The translations under genes were made by a program, and so were the position numbers. From assembly GCF_045277075.1 (NCBI RefSeq), contig NZ_CP104270.1, forward strand, positions 1,524,631 through 1,588,630: 64,000 nt of DNA. Direction: 5' to 3'. Positions 37,897 through 49,310 of this stretch are shown one piece after another. The DNA comes from Seonamhaeicola sp. MEBiC01930. GTDB lineage: Bacteria > Bacteroidota > Bacteroidia > Flavobacteriales > Flavobacteriaceae. Numbering within the stretch: the stretch's first letter is position 1; the number at the start of each line of letters is the position of its first letter. Below the pieces are notes generated by a model. That model had not been told where the DNA came from. It saw only the letters and a list, made by a program, of their open reading frames with translations, and ran no database searches.

Positions 37897-40800
37897 GTGA
37901 GTACTTCCAATCTCTCGCAGTCTTATGTACAGACTTTGCAAACGCAAAATCTGCGGTCTGCTATTGCCCATCCTCAAGCAAAAACACATTTAAAAGGATT
38001 AGTAGGATCCGCATTTTCATATGTGATTTCTAGTGTTTTTAAAGCTTCAGAAAAGCCTTTTTTATTAATATTTAATGACAAAGAAGAGGCAGCACATTAT
38101 CTAAACGATTTAGAACAAATCATAAATGATAAAGATGTGTTATTCTATCCGGGTAGTTACCGCAGACCTTATCAAATTGAGGAAACCGATAATGCCAATG
38201 TGCTGTTACGAGCAGAAGTTTTAAATAGAATAAATTCTCGAAAAAAACCAGCCATCATTGTTACCTATCCAGATGCCCTTTTTGAGAAGGTTGTAACTAG
38301 AAGGGAACTAGAGCGCAACACATTAAAAGTGTCTGTTGGCGATAATCTGTCCATAGATTTTGTAAACGAAGTTTTGTTTGAATACCAATTTAAGAGGGTT
38401 GATTTTGTAACAGAACCAGGGGAGTTTTCAGTACGTGGTGGCATTGTAGATGTGTTTTCATTTTCTCATGACGAACCTTACCGTATAGAGTTTTTTGGTG
38501 ATGAGGTAGATAGTATCAGGACTTTTGATGTGGAGTCTCAGCTTTCGGTAAACCAGATTAAAAAAATCAATGTCATACCTAATGTTGCAAATAAATTTCT
38601 TGAAGAAAGTAGACAGAGTTTCTTAAAATATATTGCACAAAAAACAGTAGTATGTTTAAAGAATGCCGATTTATGCTTTTCCAGAATAGACGATTTCTTC
38701 AATAAAGCAGAAACCGCTTTTAAAGAACTGTCTTCTGAATTAAAACATGACGCACCAGAAGAGTTGTTTAGTAATTCAGAATTGCTTAAAAAGCAATTAT
38801 TGGAATTCTCGCTAGTGGAATTTGGAACTCAAAATGTTTTTAAAAATAAAGAGTCACAAATAATAGAATATAACACTACACCACAACCATCTTTCAATAA
38901 ACAATTCAATTTATTGATAGAAGATTTAAATTCTAATCATAATAAAGGCTATATCAATTACATTGCCTGTGTTAGCGAACAGCAAGCCAAACGTTTTCAT
39001 GACATTTTTGATGATGTTGATGAGGAAGTAATCTATAAAACCATTGTGCAATCTTTGCACCAAGGGTTTGTAGACCATGACAATAAAATAGTTTGTTATA
39101 CAGACCATCAAATTTTTGAACGTTACCATAAATTCAATATTAAAAATGGTTATGCCAAAAAGCAAGCCATCACTTTAAAAGAACTTACCAATTTAGATGT
39201 TGGGGATTATGTTACCCATATAGATCATGGAATTGGTCGTTTTGGAGGTCTGCAAAAAATAGATGTTGAAGGTAAGAAACAAGAAGCTATTAAATTGATT
39301 TATGGGGAGCGAGATATTTTGTATTTAAGTATTCATTCGCTTCATAAAATAACCAAGTATAATGGTAAGGATGGTAGACCTCCAAAAATCTATAAACTTG
39401 GTAGTTCTGCTTGGAAAACCTTAAAGCAAAAAACCAAGGCCCGCGTTAAGCATATTGCTTTTAATTTAATTAAACTTTATGCCAAACGGAAAACTAAAAA
39501 AGGCTATCAATACAACCCAGATAGTTACATGCAACATGAGCTGGAGGCCTCATTTATTTATGAGGATACACCAGACCAAAGTACAGCTACGGCCGATATT
39601 AAGGCCGATATGGAAAGCGAACGCCCAATGGACCGCTTGGTTTGTGGAGATGTAGGTTTTGGAAAAACCGAGGTTGCCATAAGAGCGGCTTTTAAAGCTG
39701 TAGATAATGGAAAACAGGTAGCTGTATTGGTTCCTACAACCATATTAGCATACCAACATGCTAGGACTTTTAGAAAGCGACTTCAAGATTTTCCAGTGGT
39801 TGTAGATTACCTTAACCGTTTTAGAACAGCAAAAGAAAAACGTTTAACCTTAGAAGCCCTAGAGCAAGGAAAAGTAGATATCATAATTGGAACACATCAA
39901 CTTGTAAATAAAAATGTAAAGTTTAAAGATTTAGGACTTTTAATTGTTGATGAGGAGCAAAAGTTTGGGGTTGCCGTAAAGGAAAAACTAAAGACCATTA
40001 AAGAGAATGTTGATGTTTTAACCTTAACTGCAACACCTATACCGCGTACACTTCAATTTAGTTTAATGGCTGCCAGAGATTTATCTGTTATTACAACTCC
40101 ACCGCCAAATAGATACCCCATAGAAAGCCATGTTATTAGGTTTAACGAAGAATCTATCCGAGATGCGGTAAGTTATGAAATTCAACGAGGTGGACAGGTG
40201 TTTTTTATTCATAATAGAATTGAAAATATTAAAGAAGTTGCTGGCTTAGTACAAAGGTTGGTCCCTGATGCAAAAGTAGCCATAGGTCATGGGCAAATGG
40301 AAGGTAAAAAGTTAGAACAGCTCATGCTTTCATTTATAAACGGTGAGTTTGACGTATTAGTAAGTACCACAATTGTTGAAAGTGGTTTAGATGTACCTAA
40401 TGCTAATACTATTTTTATCAATAACGCCAATAATTTTGGCTTAAGTGATTTACATCAAATGAGGGGGCGCGTTGGTAGAAGTAATAAAAAGGCCTTTTGT
40501 TATTTCATTACACCAGAGTATTCTGCAATGACAGATGATGCACGAAAGAGAATTTCGGCATTAGAACAGTTTACAGAGTTAGGTAGCGGGTTTAATATAG
40601 CCATGAAAGATTTAGAAATTAGGGGCGCAGGAGATTTGCTTGGAGGAGAACAAAGTGGATTTATAAATGAAATAGGGTTTGATACATACCAGAAAATATT
40701 AAATGAAGCTATTGAAGAGCTTAAAGAAAATGAGTTTAAAGATTTATATAATGAATCAGATGAGGACAAAGTTTATGTAAAGGATGTTACTATTGATTCT

Positions 40801-41241
40801 GATTTTGAGTTGCTTTTTCCAGATAGTTATGTGAATAATATTGCAGAAAGATTGAGTCTTTACACCAAGCTTAATGAATTAAAAACTGAGGAAGAATTAC
40901 TTCAATTTGAAAAAGAGCTAATAGATAGATTTGGTGAATTACCAGAACAAGTGACCGATTTGTTAAACAGTGTCCAAATAAAGTGGATTGCCACTAAAAT
41001 AGGTTTTGAAAAAATCATAATGAAACAAGGAAGGTTTATTGGGTATTTTATCAGTGATCAGCAAAGTAGTTTTTATCAAAGTGGGGTGTTTACCAAGGTA
41101 TTGGGTTATGTACAATCAAACTCCAATTTGTGTAAAATGAAAGAGAAACAAACTCGACAAGGTTTACGATTATTACTTACTTTTGAAAACGTAAATTCAG
41201 TTGAAAAAGCTTTAACATTATTAAAACCTATTGTGGCTTAA
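37897..41241 (+). CDS. mfd: transcription-repair coupling factor Mfd
   Basis: UvrB-homology N-terminus; RNAP-interaction domain; DEAD/DExH helicase motifs GDVGFGKTEVA and DEEQ; TRG motif. Confidence 0.95.
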   Translation: MSTSNLSQSYVQTLQTQNLRSAIAHPQAKTHLKGLVGSAFSYVISSVFKASEKPFLLIFNDKEEAAHYLNDLEQIINDKDVLFYPGSYRRPYQIEETDNANVLLRAEVLNRINSRKKPAIIVTYPDALFEKVVTRRELERNTLKVSVGDNLSIDFVNEVLFEYQFKRVDFVTEPGEFSVRGGIVDVFSFSHDEPYRIEFFGDEVDSIRTFDVESQLSVNQIKKINVIPNVANKFLEESRQSFLKYIAQKTVVCLKNADLCFSRIDDFFNKAETAFKELSSELKHDAPEELFSNSELLKKQLLEFSLVEFGTQNVFKNKESQIIEYNTTPQPSFNKQFNLLIEDLNSNHNKGYINYIACVSEQQAKRFHDIFDDVDEEVIYKTIVQSLHQGFVDHDNKIVCYTDHQIFERYHKFNIKNGYAKKQAITLKELTNLDVGDYVTHIDHGIGRFGGLQKIDVEGKKQEAIKLIYGERDILYLSIHSLHKITKYNGKDGRPPKIYKLGSSAWKTLKQKTKARVKHIAFNLIKLYAKRKTKKGYQYNPDSYMQHELEASFIYEDTPDQSTATADIKADMESERPMDRLVCGDVGFGKTEVAIRAAFKAVDNGKQVAVLVPTTILAYQHARTFRKRLQDFPVVVDYLNRFRTAKEKRLTLEALEQGKVDIIIGTHQLVNKNVKFKDLGLLIVDEEQKFGVAVKEKLKTIKENVDVLTLTATPIPRTLQFSLMAARDLSVITTPPPNRYPIESHVIRFNEESIRDAVSYEIQRGGQVFFIHNRIENIKEVAGLVQRLVPDAKVAIGHGQMEGKKLEQLMLSFINGEFDVLVSTTIVESGLDVPNANTIFINNANNFGLSDLHQMRGRVGRSNKKAFCYFITPEYSAMTDDARKRISALEQFTELGSGFNIAMKDLEIRGAGDLLGGEQSGFINEIGFDTYQKILNEAIEELKENEFKDLYNESDEDKVYVKDVTIDSDFELLFPDSYVNNIAERLSLYTKLNELKTEEELLQFEKELIDRFGELPEQVTDLLNSVQIKWIATKIGFEKIIMKQGRFIGYFISDQQSSFYQSGVFTKVLGYVQSNSNLCKMKEKQTRQGLRLLLTFENVNSVEKALTLLKPIVA

Positions 41242-41261
41242 TTATTGTCTGAATTAAATCA

Positions 41262-42593
41262 ATGAAACATATTTTAAAATACATCTTAATTATAGTATTT
41301 CTGCCAGCAACAGTTTGGGCGCAACATACAATTAAGGGCACTTTTACACCGGCAGAAGATTATAAAGTAGTTATCTTGTATAAGGTAACTCCAACGGTTT
41401 CTGAATACATAGCAAATTCTCAAGTTAATGAAAAGGGAAGTTTTGAGATTAAGCTAGATTCTACAGTAACAAAAGGCATGTACAGATTGGTATATGCTAT
41501 ACCCCAAGAAGATTATAATTTTGATATTATATATAACGGAGAGGAAAATGTTGAGCTTACTTTCAACAGTGAAACAGGGGTGAAATTTGAATCGTCTATT
41601 GAAAATATGTTACTAGATTCATATACCAATAGTATGTCTATGGTAACACATAGTATTGGTAAATTTTTTAGTGAGCAAAGTACAGATACCTTGGCACTGG
41701 CAAAAATATTTGATACCCAAAGAGGAGCACAGACAAACTATGAAGAAGCAGCCAAAGGGCGTATGGTTTTAGAGTTTATTAAAGGTAATAAACCATATAT
41801 TCCTGAGACATTTGAAGATGTAAAAACTTATGTAAATAATTTAAAAGAACACTATTTTGATTATGTAGATTTTACAAATGAAACCTTGCAAAGTTCTAAT
41901 TTTTTAGAAGAGAAAATATTGAACTATGTGTTTGGGATGAGCATTGATTCTGAAGATGAGATTGCAAACTATAAGAATAATATAGATGTTATATGTAATG
42001 TAATGGAGTCTGCACCAAATGTTTTGAAGCGCATTTTATTAGTAAGCTTATGGCAACAAATGGCGGATTTAAATAATGAGGTTGTTGCCAACTATATTTC
42101 TGAAAAATATTTGATGGATATTGCCGTAGAATTAAATGACCAAGAACTTTTAAATGCTCTAATTAAATATGCTGATGTTTCTCTAGGAAAAACGGCGCCT
42201 GATTTCCCTATTGAAATTGAATTAGAAGGTAAAAAAACTACTAAGACATTAAGTGAGTTTGAGGGGGCGAATAACTATGTTATAGTATTTTGGAGTAGTA
42301 CTTGTTCACATTGTTTAGATGAAATTCCACTTTTGCAAAAATTTATTAAAACTAAAGAGAACATAAAAGTGATTGCAATTGGTTTAGAAGAAGAACCTAA
42401 TTTATGGATGCAGTTAATTGGTAATTCTCCTAACTTTATTCATGTTTATGGTGAAGGAAAATGGGATAATGAAATAGGGAATAGTTATGCTGTTTCAGCT
42501 ACACCTACATATTTTGTTCTGGATAAAGACAAAAAAATTATTGCCAAACCTGAAGACTTCGAAGCTTTAAAGAAAGTTTTTGACAATAATTAA
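41262..42593 (+). CDS. TlpA-like thiol-disulfide oxidoreductase (thioredoxin fold) lipoprotein with an N-terminal domain of unknown function
   Basis: C-terminal redoxin motif VFWSSTCSHCLDEIP (CxxC). Confidence 0.8.
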   Translation: MKHILKYILIIVFLPATVWAQHTIKGTFTPAEDYKVVILYKVTPTVSEYIANSQVNEKGSFEIKLDSTVTKGMYRLVYAIPQEDYNFDIIYNGEENVELTFNSETGVKFESSIENMLLDSYTNSMSMVTHSIGKFFSEQSTDTLALAKIFDTQRGAQTNYEEAAKGRMVLEFIKGNKPYIPETFEDVKTYVNNLKEHYFDYVDFTNETLQSSNFLEEKILNYVFGMSIDSEDEIANYKNNIDVICNVMESAPNVLKRILLVSLWQQMADLNNEVVANYISEKYLMDIAVELNDQELLNALIKYADVSLGKTAPDFPIEIELEGKKTTKTLSEFEGANNYVIVFWSSTCSHCLDEIPLLQKFIKTKENIKVIAIGLEEEPNLWMQLIGNSPNFIHVYGEGKWDNEIGNSYAVSATPTYFVLDKDKKIIAKPEDFEALKKVFDNN

Positions 42594-42607
42594 TCCTATC
42601 AATTATT

Positions 42608-42687
42608 GTCATTCTGAATTTATTTCAGCATCTCATCATAAATGTAAATGGATCCTGAAACAACACTTCGACTACGCTCAGTGTGAC
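42608..42687. repeat. 80-bp MITE/REP-like element with imperfect terminal inverted repeats (GTCATTCTGA ... TCAGTGTGAC)
   Basis: terminal inverted repeats; internal segment homologous to 35554-35579; partial copy GTCATTCTGAGC at 20649-20660. Confidence 0.45.
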
Positions 42688-42709
42688 AGTTCAGGGCGAC
42701 ATTATCGTG

Positions 42710-43069
42710 TCAAAAGTGATAAAAGGCGTTTTCTAAATGTTCAATATTGAATTGATTCCCTTCTTTAACTATGGCAATAATATCAAAACGAACTTCAAAG
42801 TCTAATCCATTAACGGATACATATTCATCAACAGCCTTTACTAGGTTTTTTATTTGTTTTGGCTTTACGAAATCTTGAGGATTTCCAAAATCGGTACTCG
42901 ATCGGGTTTTTACTTCAATTATAGCAAGCGTATCATCTTTTTGAGCAATAATATCAACTTCAGCCTTATCAAAACGGTAATTGCGTTCTACAATGTCATA
43001 ATTATTTTCAATAAGAAAATCAACTGCTAATTGCTCCCCTTTTTTACCAAGTTCATTGTGCTTTGCCAT
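42710..43069 (-). CDS. YraN-family (UPF0102) endonuclease
   Basis: motif DIVERNYR...EVDIIA...EVK. Confidence 0.85.
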   Translation of the reverse strand: MAKHNELGKKGEQLAVDFLIENNYDIVERNYRFDKAEVDIIAQKDDTLAIIEVKTRSSTDFGNPQDFVKPKQIKNLVKAVDEYVSVNGLDFEVRFDIIAIVKEGNQFNIEHLENAFYHF

Positions 43070-43086
43070 ATAACAAGTTACATATA

Positions 43087-44286
43087 TTACCCTCTAAACA
43101 AAAAGAAGTCATCTTTCATGTATTCTATCTTAGTATCTTCATTAGTCATGATATAATCAATGGCCTGAGAGGTGAAATTATTTCCTTTTTCAGTTAGGGA
43201 GACAACGTTATTTACAATAATAATCATATTGTTTTTTAACGCTAATTCCAACACTGTTTTGCTTCGTACTTTTTGCCAGTTTATATGTTCGTTGAGGTGG
43301 TTTACATGGCGTTCTTCTATTTCGTTATGATTTTTTAAATGAAGGAGAAAGGTTAATAAAGAAACTTCGGTTCGCTGTTGCTTTTCTCTATAAAGTACAG
43401 CAATAATACCTCTGCCTGGAGCAAATAGATAAACCATTAAAAAGATTATTCCCAACATAGTTGTGATAGAGCCTGCGATGGAAGCATCCAGCCAATGAGC
43501 AAGCCAATACCCGGAAATTGCAGAAAAAATACCAAAACCAATAGCGTATAAAAGCATTCGTTTTAGGTTGTTGGTAAGTAAATAAGCTGTTGCAGCAGGA
43601 GCAATCATCAGTGCTACAACTAAAATAGCGCCAACGGCATCAAATGCACCAACAGTTGTTACAGAAGATATGCTCATTAAACCATAATGTATTATAGCTG
43701 GAGAAAACCCAAGTGAAGCGGCCAAACCTGAATCAAATGTACTTACTTTAAGTTCTTTAAAAAAGGCAAACAATAAACCTATTGTAATTATTAGGATACT
43801 GCCAATAACCCATAAAGATTTTGGCCCCAAGTCAATACCCGAAATCAAAAACCTATCAAAAGGCGCAAATGCTAATTCACCTAATAAAACAGCATCAACA
43901 TCAAGATGTACATCATTAGCATTTTTAGCAATAAGTATAACACCAATGCTAAATAACGCAGGAAATACTAAACCAATAGCAGTATCTTCTTTTACCAATC
44001 CTGTTTTTTGAATGTACTCTACCAGAATTACAGTTATAATCCCTGTTACAGCTGCTAATAAAATAAGAAGGGGAGAGTTGAGGTCTTGTGTAATAAAAAA
44101 GCCAATTACTATGCCAGGTAAAATTGAATGACTAATGGCGTCACTTATCATGGCCATTTTTCGTAATACTAAAAATGTGCCAGGAATTGCGCAAGCAATG
44201 GCTGCTAAACTAGCAATGAGTTGAATTTCTATTTGCGCACTACTCATTAGTATTCTCTTGTTGATTGTACAAATTGGAAGCTGCAT
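43087..44286 (-). CDS. metal ABC transporter permease (ZnuB/MntB-like) with a ~100-aa C-terminal winged-helix-like extension; likely start at MSSAQ (44247)
   Basis: eight TM helices of ABC-3 type; C-terminal extension after the last TM. Confidence 0.8.
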   Translation of the reverse strand: MQLPICTINKRILMSSAQIEIQLIASLAAIACAIPGTFLVLRKMAMISDAISHSILPGIVIGFFITQDLNSPLLILLAAVTGIITVILVEYIQKTGLVKEDTAIGLVFPALFSIGVILIAKNANDVHLDVDAVLLGELAFAPFDRFLISGIDLGPKSLWVIGSILIITIGLLFAFFKELKVSTFDSGLAASLGFSPAIIHYGLMSISSVTTVGAFDAVGAILVVALMIAPAATAYLLTNNLKRMLLYAIGFGIFSAISGYWLAHWLDASIAGSITTMLGIIFLMVYLFAPGRGIIAVLYREKQQRTEVSLLTFLLHLKNHNEIEERHVNHLNEHINWQKVRSKTVLELALKNNMIIIVNNVVSLTEKGNNFTSQAIDYIMTNEDTKIEYMKDDFFLFRG

Positions 44287-45367
44287 TAAAGCCCTCTTCA
44301 GTTAAACTCCACATGTTTCCGTCTAGGGTAACATAGTTTTTATGAACTAATTTTTGAAGTGTTGCTTTGGTGAATCCTTGGAAATTGTTCAATATTTTTA
44401 CAGTATGCGGATGTGAAATATTTTCATGTGTTTCAGCAATATGATACATAAAGGCTAAAGTTTTGTTCAACTTTAGGTCTCTTCGATTTTTTATAAACCT
44501 GATTTGTTTAAATAAAAGCCCTCTACTTGGTGAAAATATGAACGAGACCAATACGAAAACACTTGCAATAATTACAATAACAGGACCTGTTGATAGGTTG
44601 TTTTGTGTGGCACTTACCGCTGTTCCAAAAACACCAGATAATGCACCAAATATTGCTGCCAGAAACACCATTTTACCTAAACTATTAGTCCATTGTCTTG
44701 CGGCTGCAGCAGGAGCTAGTAACATGGCACTCATTAATACAACGCCTACTGTTTGCAACCCCAAAACAATAGCAAGGACAATGAATGATGTTATTAAAAC
44801 ATCTATAGTTTTGGTGTTGAAACCTAAGGTTTTAGTAAAATCGGCATCAAATAATAGCATTTTAAATTCTTTCCAGAATAGTAGTAAGATTATTAAACAT
44901 ATTCCGGTAACAATTGCCATCATCCAAACATCACTTTCTAGTAAAGTTGCGGCTTGACCAAATAGGTATTTATCTAAACCAGCCTGATTAGCATTAGGTT
45001 GTTTTTGAATAAAGGTTAAAAGCAACATTCCGAACCCAAAGAATAATGATAATATTAGGCCTAAGGCGGTGTCTGACTTTAAATGTGTTTTAGTAATTAT
45101 TCCTCTAATCCAAAACGTACCAATAAGTCCACTAATAAGGGCTCCTAATAGTAAAACATTACTATCTTTTGTTCCTGTAATTAAAAAAGCTATAGCTATA
45201 CCAGGTAAGGCGGCATGTGAAATAGCATCGCCTAACAAACTTTGTTTTCTTAGTACAGCAAAACTACCAAGCATACCAGTTACGGCACCAAGAATTGCGG
45301 TTCCTAAAGTAATCGTTCTAAGTGTGTAATCAGTAAATACTAGTTTTATGTATTCTGTTATATCCAT
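44240..45367 (-). CDS. metal ABC transporter permease (ZnuB/MntB-like) with a ~100-aa C-terminal winged-helix-like extension
   Basis: ABC-3 permease fold; extension LNKTLAFMYHIAETHENISH...VTLDGNMWSLTEEG. Confidence 0.8.
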   Translation of the reverse strand: MDITEYIKLVFTDYTLRTITLGTAILGAVTGMLGSFAVLRKQSLLGDAISHAALPGIAIAFLITGTKDSNVLLLGALISGLIGTFWIRGIITKTHLKSDTALGLILSLFFGFGMLLLTFIQKQPNANQAGLDKYLFGQAATLLESDVWMMAIVTGICLIILLLFWKEFKMLLFDADFTKTLGFNTKTIDVLITSFIVLAIVLGLQTVGVVLMSAMLLAPAAAARQWTNSLGKMVFLAAIFGALSGVFGTAVSATQNNLSTGPVIVIIASVFVLVSFIFSPSRGLLFKQIRFIKNRRDLKLNKTLAFMYHIAETHENISHPHTVKILNNFQGFTKATLQKLVHKNYVTLDGNMWSLTEEGFNAASNLYNQQENTNE

Positions 45368-45370
45368 TTG

Positions 45371-46108
45371 TTATTCCTGAATACTTACTTTATAATTTAT
45401 ACCATAAGTTTTGGTTAAATTGTCATCATTAAAGATGTCTTTTACCGGACCAGTTGCAATCTTCTTTACATTTAAAAAAGTTACCCAATCAAAATATTCA
45501 GGCACCGTTTGTAAATCATGATGTACTACAATTACAGTTTTTCCAGCTTTTCTGAGTTCTTTTAAAATGTTAATAATGGCGATTTCGGTGGTTGCATCCA
45601 CACCTTGAAAAGGTTCATCCATAAAATATATAGACGCATTTTGTACTAAAGCCCTGGCTAAGAAAATGCGTTGTTGCTGCCCTCCAGACAATTGACTTAT
45701 TTGCCTGTTTTTAAATGGGAGCATGCCAACTTTTTCAAGAGCCTCTAAAGCTAGTTTTTTCTCTTTTTGTTTAGGTCTTTTTATCCAACCTAAGGCTCCA
45801 TAAGTCCCCATCATTACCACATCTAAAGCTGTGGTTGGAAAATCCCAGTCTACACTACCTTTTTGGGGAACGTAAGCCACTAATTGTCGTTGCTTTTCAT
45901 AGGGTTTATCGTAAATACTAACGCTTCCAGCAATGGGTTTTAAGATACCTAAAATAGATTTTATAAGCGTTGATTTTCCAGCGCCATTTGGTCCAACAAT
46001 AGCCATAAGAACACCTTCAGGAATTTCTAAATCAATATCCCAGAGAACAGGTTTGTAATTATACGCTACGGTTAAATCGTCTACTTTTACAGCTATCTTT
46101 TGTGCCAT
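45371..46108 (-). CDS. metal ABC transporter ATP-binding protein (ZnuC-like)
   Basis: Walker [10 protein letters not shown]; signature LSGGQQQR; Walker B IYFMDEP. Confidence 0.9.
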   Translation of the reverse strand: MAQKIAVKVDDLTVAYNYKPVLWDIDLEIPEGVLMAIVGPNGAGKSTLIKSILGILKPIAGSVSIYDKPYEKQRQLVAYVPQKGSVDWDFPTTALDVVMMGTYGALGWIKRPKQKEKKLALEALEKVGMLPFKNRQISQLSGGQQQRIFLARALVQNASIYFMDEPFQGVDATTEIAIINILKELRKAGKTVIVVHHDLQTVPEYFDWVTFLNVKKIATGPVKDIFNDDNLTKTYGINYKVSIQE

Positions 46109-47013
46109 TATTTTAATGCATTAACAATAGTATTTACGTTGTATTCATACATGCCAATGTATGTTCCTTCATCAGTTCCTTCATCTCCTAGAGCATCTGA
46201 ATATAAAGTTCCTCCAATGGTAACTTCGTGATCCTTTGATTTTACAGCAGCCTGAAGTGCCTCAATAGTTCGTTTTGGTACCGAGCTTTCTACAAAAATA
46301 GCGTTTACTTTATTTTCAATAATAAATTTTGCTAGGTTTTGAACATCTTGAACACCTGCTTCTGTTGCAGTTGATAATCCTTGCAATCCAACTACCTGAA
46401 AATCAAAAGATTTTCCAAAATAATTAAAAGCATCATGAGCTGTAACTAAAATACGTTGCTCCTTTGGTAAAGTTTCAATTGAAGTTTCAACAGTTTGCTT
46501 TAAAGTTTCTAATTTATCTAAATATATTTTTCCATTGGTTATAAAAAGTTCTTTTTTCTCTGGAACTTCTTGAGAAAGCGTTTTAACTACATATTCTGTG
46601 ACTTTCTTCCAATAGTCAATATCAAACCAAATGTGTGGATCATAATTTGATGCAAAATAATCCGATCCAATCAAGGTGTTTTTATCTAAAACATCTGAAA
46701 TAGCAACTGTTTTTTTATTTTTCATTTTTTCAAAAACTTCAACCAGTTTGCCTTCTAAATGTAAACCGTTATAAAAAATAACATCGGCATTAACTAGTTT
46801 TGTAACATCACCTTCACTGGCTTTATATAAATGCGGATCTACTCCGCTACCCATTAAGCCTTTTAAATTAATGTGGTTGCCGCCAATGTGTTGTGCCAAA
46901 TCAGTAATCATGGTTGTAGTTGTAACCACATTAAGTTTTGAGGTGTCTTTTTTTTCGTTTTTACAATTGAAAAATAGGCTTAAAGCGATTAAAAATAGGA
47001 ATGGTCTTTTCAT
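46108..47013 (-). CDS. metal ABC transporter substrate-binding lipoprotein (TroA/ZnuA cluster-9)
   Basis: family similarity; metal-binding His/Asp positions; lipoprotein signal. Confidence 0.85.
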   Translation of the reverse strand: MKRPFLFLIALSLFFNCKNEKKDTSKLNVVTTTTMITDLAQHIGGNHINLKGLMGSGVDPHLYKASEGDVTKLVNADVIFYNGLHLEGKLVEVFEKMKNKKTVAISDVLDKNTLIGSDYFASNYDPHIWFDIDYWKKVTEYVVKTLSQEVPEKKELFITNGKIYLDKLETLKQTVETSIETLPKEQRILVTAHDAFNYFGKSFDFQVVGLQGLSTATEAGVQDVQNLAKFIIENKVNAIFVESSVPKRTIEALQAAVKSKDHEVTIGGTLYSDALGDEGTDEGTYIGMYEYNVNTIVNALK

Positions 47014-47027
47014 TTTTTATTCGTCAT

Positions 47028-49310
47028 TTAGTTTAATGTGAATCTTAATCCGAAAAACAAACGTCGTTCTTGATTTGGAGCGTAAACATATGAAGGGTCA
47101 AAGGTTAAAGCATATGGGTTATCTGCTGTAGCGATAACATTTCCATTAGGATCAAAATCTACATTTTTATCAAAAGGGTCATTAGCTCTTGCTATGATAA
47201 ACGGATTACCTTTATTAGGGGTCCAATTTAACAGGTTTTTTACTCCAGCATACAATTCTAAATTGGTTAATCCGGTAAAGGTGAATTGAATGTTTTGAAT
47301 ACTCCATGTTGGCGAATATTCGCTTCTAGGATCTAAATCGCCTAGTGTTGGTAAGCGCATTGGACCGTAAACATTGCCAGTGTAATCTACCGTTAAATTA
47401 GTTGGGTAATGCTTATATGATACTGACCAAACCCCTGTGAAACGTTCGGTTAAAATTTGTCTTGTTTTTATACCATTTTCGTTTTGAGATACTTCTTGAA
47501 AGGTAGCACCAACTGAGGCGTTGATTCCACTGCCCAAAACAGCATCAATATTTAAACTAAAACCTTTTGATGTTGAATTACCATCTAAATTATCATAAAT
47601 GATCTGGTTTGGATTACTGTCATAATCTGGAATAATGGCGTTGGTAAAATACGTGTACCATGCCGAGGTATCAAACGTATAAATTTGTCCTTTTTTAGTA
47701 TATAGTTTTTTTAAGTAATTAATATTTACATTATAGGATTGTTCTGGATTTAAAGTTTCTTCAATAATTACATCTCTTGAACCTGTTAAGGCAGCATGGT
47801 CTTCAGTAAACAAATTCACAACTCTAAAACCTGTACCTGCATTTAGCCTTATAATATCATCTTTGGAAGGTTTAAATCTGTAAGCTATTCTAGGTGTAAA
47901 AATAGAGCCATGTCTATCATCATAATCATACCTAGCACCTAACAGTATATGTTGTTTTTCTGAAAGTTTTATTTCATCTTGAACAAAGATTGAAGGAATT
48001 ACAATTTTATCGGCTTCAGTAGTTGCCGTGGTATTATCGTTATAAAAGTTATAGCGAGCAGCTAAGCCGAACAGTAAATCATGGTTTTTAATGGGCTTAT
48101 CCCAAATTAACTGACCAAATCCTATACGTTGTTTGGCTAAATATTCTGTGTTACCATACACCGAATTTTGATCATGATCCGAATATGAAAATTGAAAATT
48201 CACTTTTTCATTTATTGGTAGTTGATAATTCCCAATTAGCTCATATCGAGTTGTGTAAATGCTTTCGCCATAAATATCATCTCCACCTCTAAAACTTGGT
48301 TTCCATTGCATTTCACCTCCCCATCTATCTTCATAAAAAAAGCGTCCAGCTAAAGAGAATAGCCTATTGTTGTTTCGTTTAAAATCCCATTTTTGAAATA
48401 CAGAAATGCGGTCTTGCAAGGTAACATCGGTAAAATTATCTTTATTATCATCAATAGGGTTGGAGTAATTATAGTAATTAATGCCTGTAATTAAATTTGT
48501 GTTATCTCCTATTCTAGATTTAAAGCCAATATCAAGATTAAGTTCCCCCCAATCGCTTATAAAACTATCAGCAAAAACTAAAGGAGCATTTTCGGGTAAT
48601 TTTGTAATTACATTTATTAAGCCGCCCACAGCTTCACTTCCATAAAGTGAGGATGCAGGACCTTTAACCACTTCAATTTGTTCTATTAAAGAGTTAGGGA
48701 TACCAGATAAGCCATAAACTGTAGATAGACCGCTAACAATTGGCATACCATCAATGAGAACTAGTGTATATGGACCTTCTAATCCGTTGATATGTATATC
48801 ACCCGTATTACAAACATTACAATTAAGCTGGGGTCTTACGCCGTTTACATTTTGTAAAGCTTCAAATACATTTGGCGTTGGGTTCTTTTTTAAAAAGGCA
48901 GGTGAATATACTTCAACAGGTACAGGGCTTTCTAGTCTAGAAACAGCTTTTAAAGTACCGGTAATTATAATTTCGTCTAAACTTAAAGCTCCTTCTAATT
49001 CTAGTTTAATAATTGTTACGTTCCCCTCAACTGTAATTTGCTTTTCAACATTTTTAAAACCAGTGAAAGATGCCACTATGGTATAATTACCTGGTACTAC
49101 ATCTTCAATGGTATAAAAGCCATTCTCATTTGTTGTAGTTCCTATTGAGGTGCCTTTTAAATATACATTAACAAAAGGGAGTGCTTCATTATTTGAAGTG
49201 ACTTTGCCTGAAATTTTTTGGGCATGTATATTTGATATTCCGAACATACCAAGGAATAGAAATAGTTTAATTGTTTTCATTAACGTAGATAATACTAGTA
49301 AAATCCTCAT
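47028..49310 (-). CDS. TonB-dependent outer-membrane receptor (CarboxypepD_reg N-terminal domain, plug, 22-strand barrel)
   Basis: plug and barrel motifs; C-terminal aromatic FGLRFTLN; signal peptide. Confidence 0.85.
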   Translation of the reverse strand: MRILLVLSTLMKTIKLFLFLGMFGISNIHAQKISGKVTSNNEALPFVNVYLKGTSIGTTTNENGFYTIEDVVPGNYTIVASFTGFKNVEKQITVEGNVTIIKLELEGALSLDEIIITGTLKAVSRLESPVPVEVYSPAFLKKNPTPNVFEALQNVNGVRPQLNCNVCNTGDIHINGLEGPYTLVLIDGMPIVSGLSTVYGLSGIPNSLIEQIEVVKGPASSLYGSEAVGGLINVITKLPENAPLVFADSFISDWGELNLDIGFKSRIGDNTNLITGINYYNYSNPIDDNKDNFTDVTLQDRISVFQKWDFKRNNNRLFSLAGRFFYEDRWGGEMQWKPSFRGGDDIYGESIYTTRYELIGNYQLPINEKVNFQFSYSDHDQNSVYGNTEYLAKQRIGFGQLIWDKPIKNHDLLFGLAARYNFYNDNTTATTEADKIVIPSIFVQDEIKLSEKQHILLGARYDYDDRHGSIFTPRIAYRFKPSKDDIIRLNAGTGFRVVNLFTEDHAALTGSRDVIIEETLNPEQSYNVNINYLKKLYTKKGQIYTFDTSAWYTYFTNAIIPDYDSNPNQIIYDNLDGNSTSKGFSLNIDAVLGSGINASVGATFQEVSQNENGIKTRQILTERFTGVWSVSYKHYPTNLTVDYTGNVYGPMRLPTLGDLDPRSEYSPTWSIQNIQFTFTGLTNLELYAGVKNLLNWTPNKGNPFIIARANDPFDKNVDFDPNGNVIATADNPYALTFDPSYVYAPNQERRLFFGLRFTLN

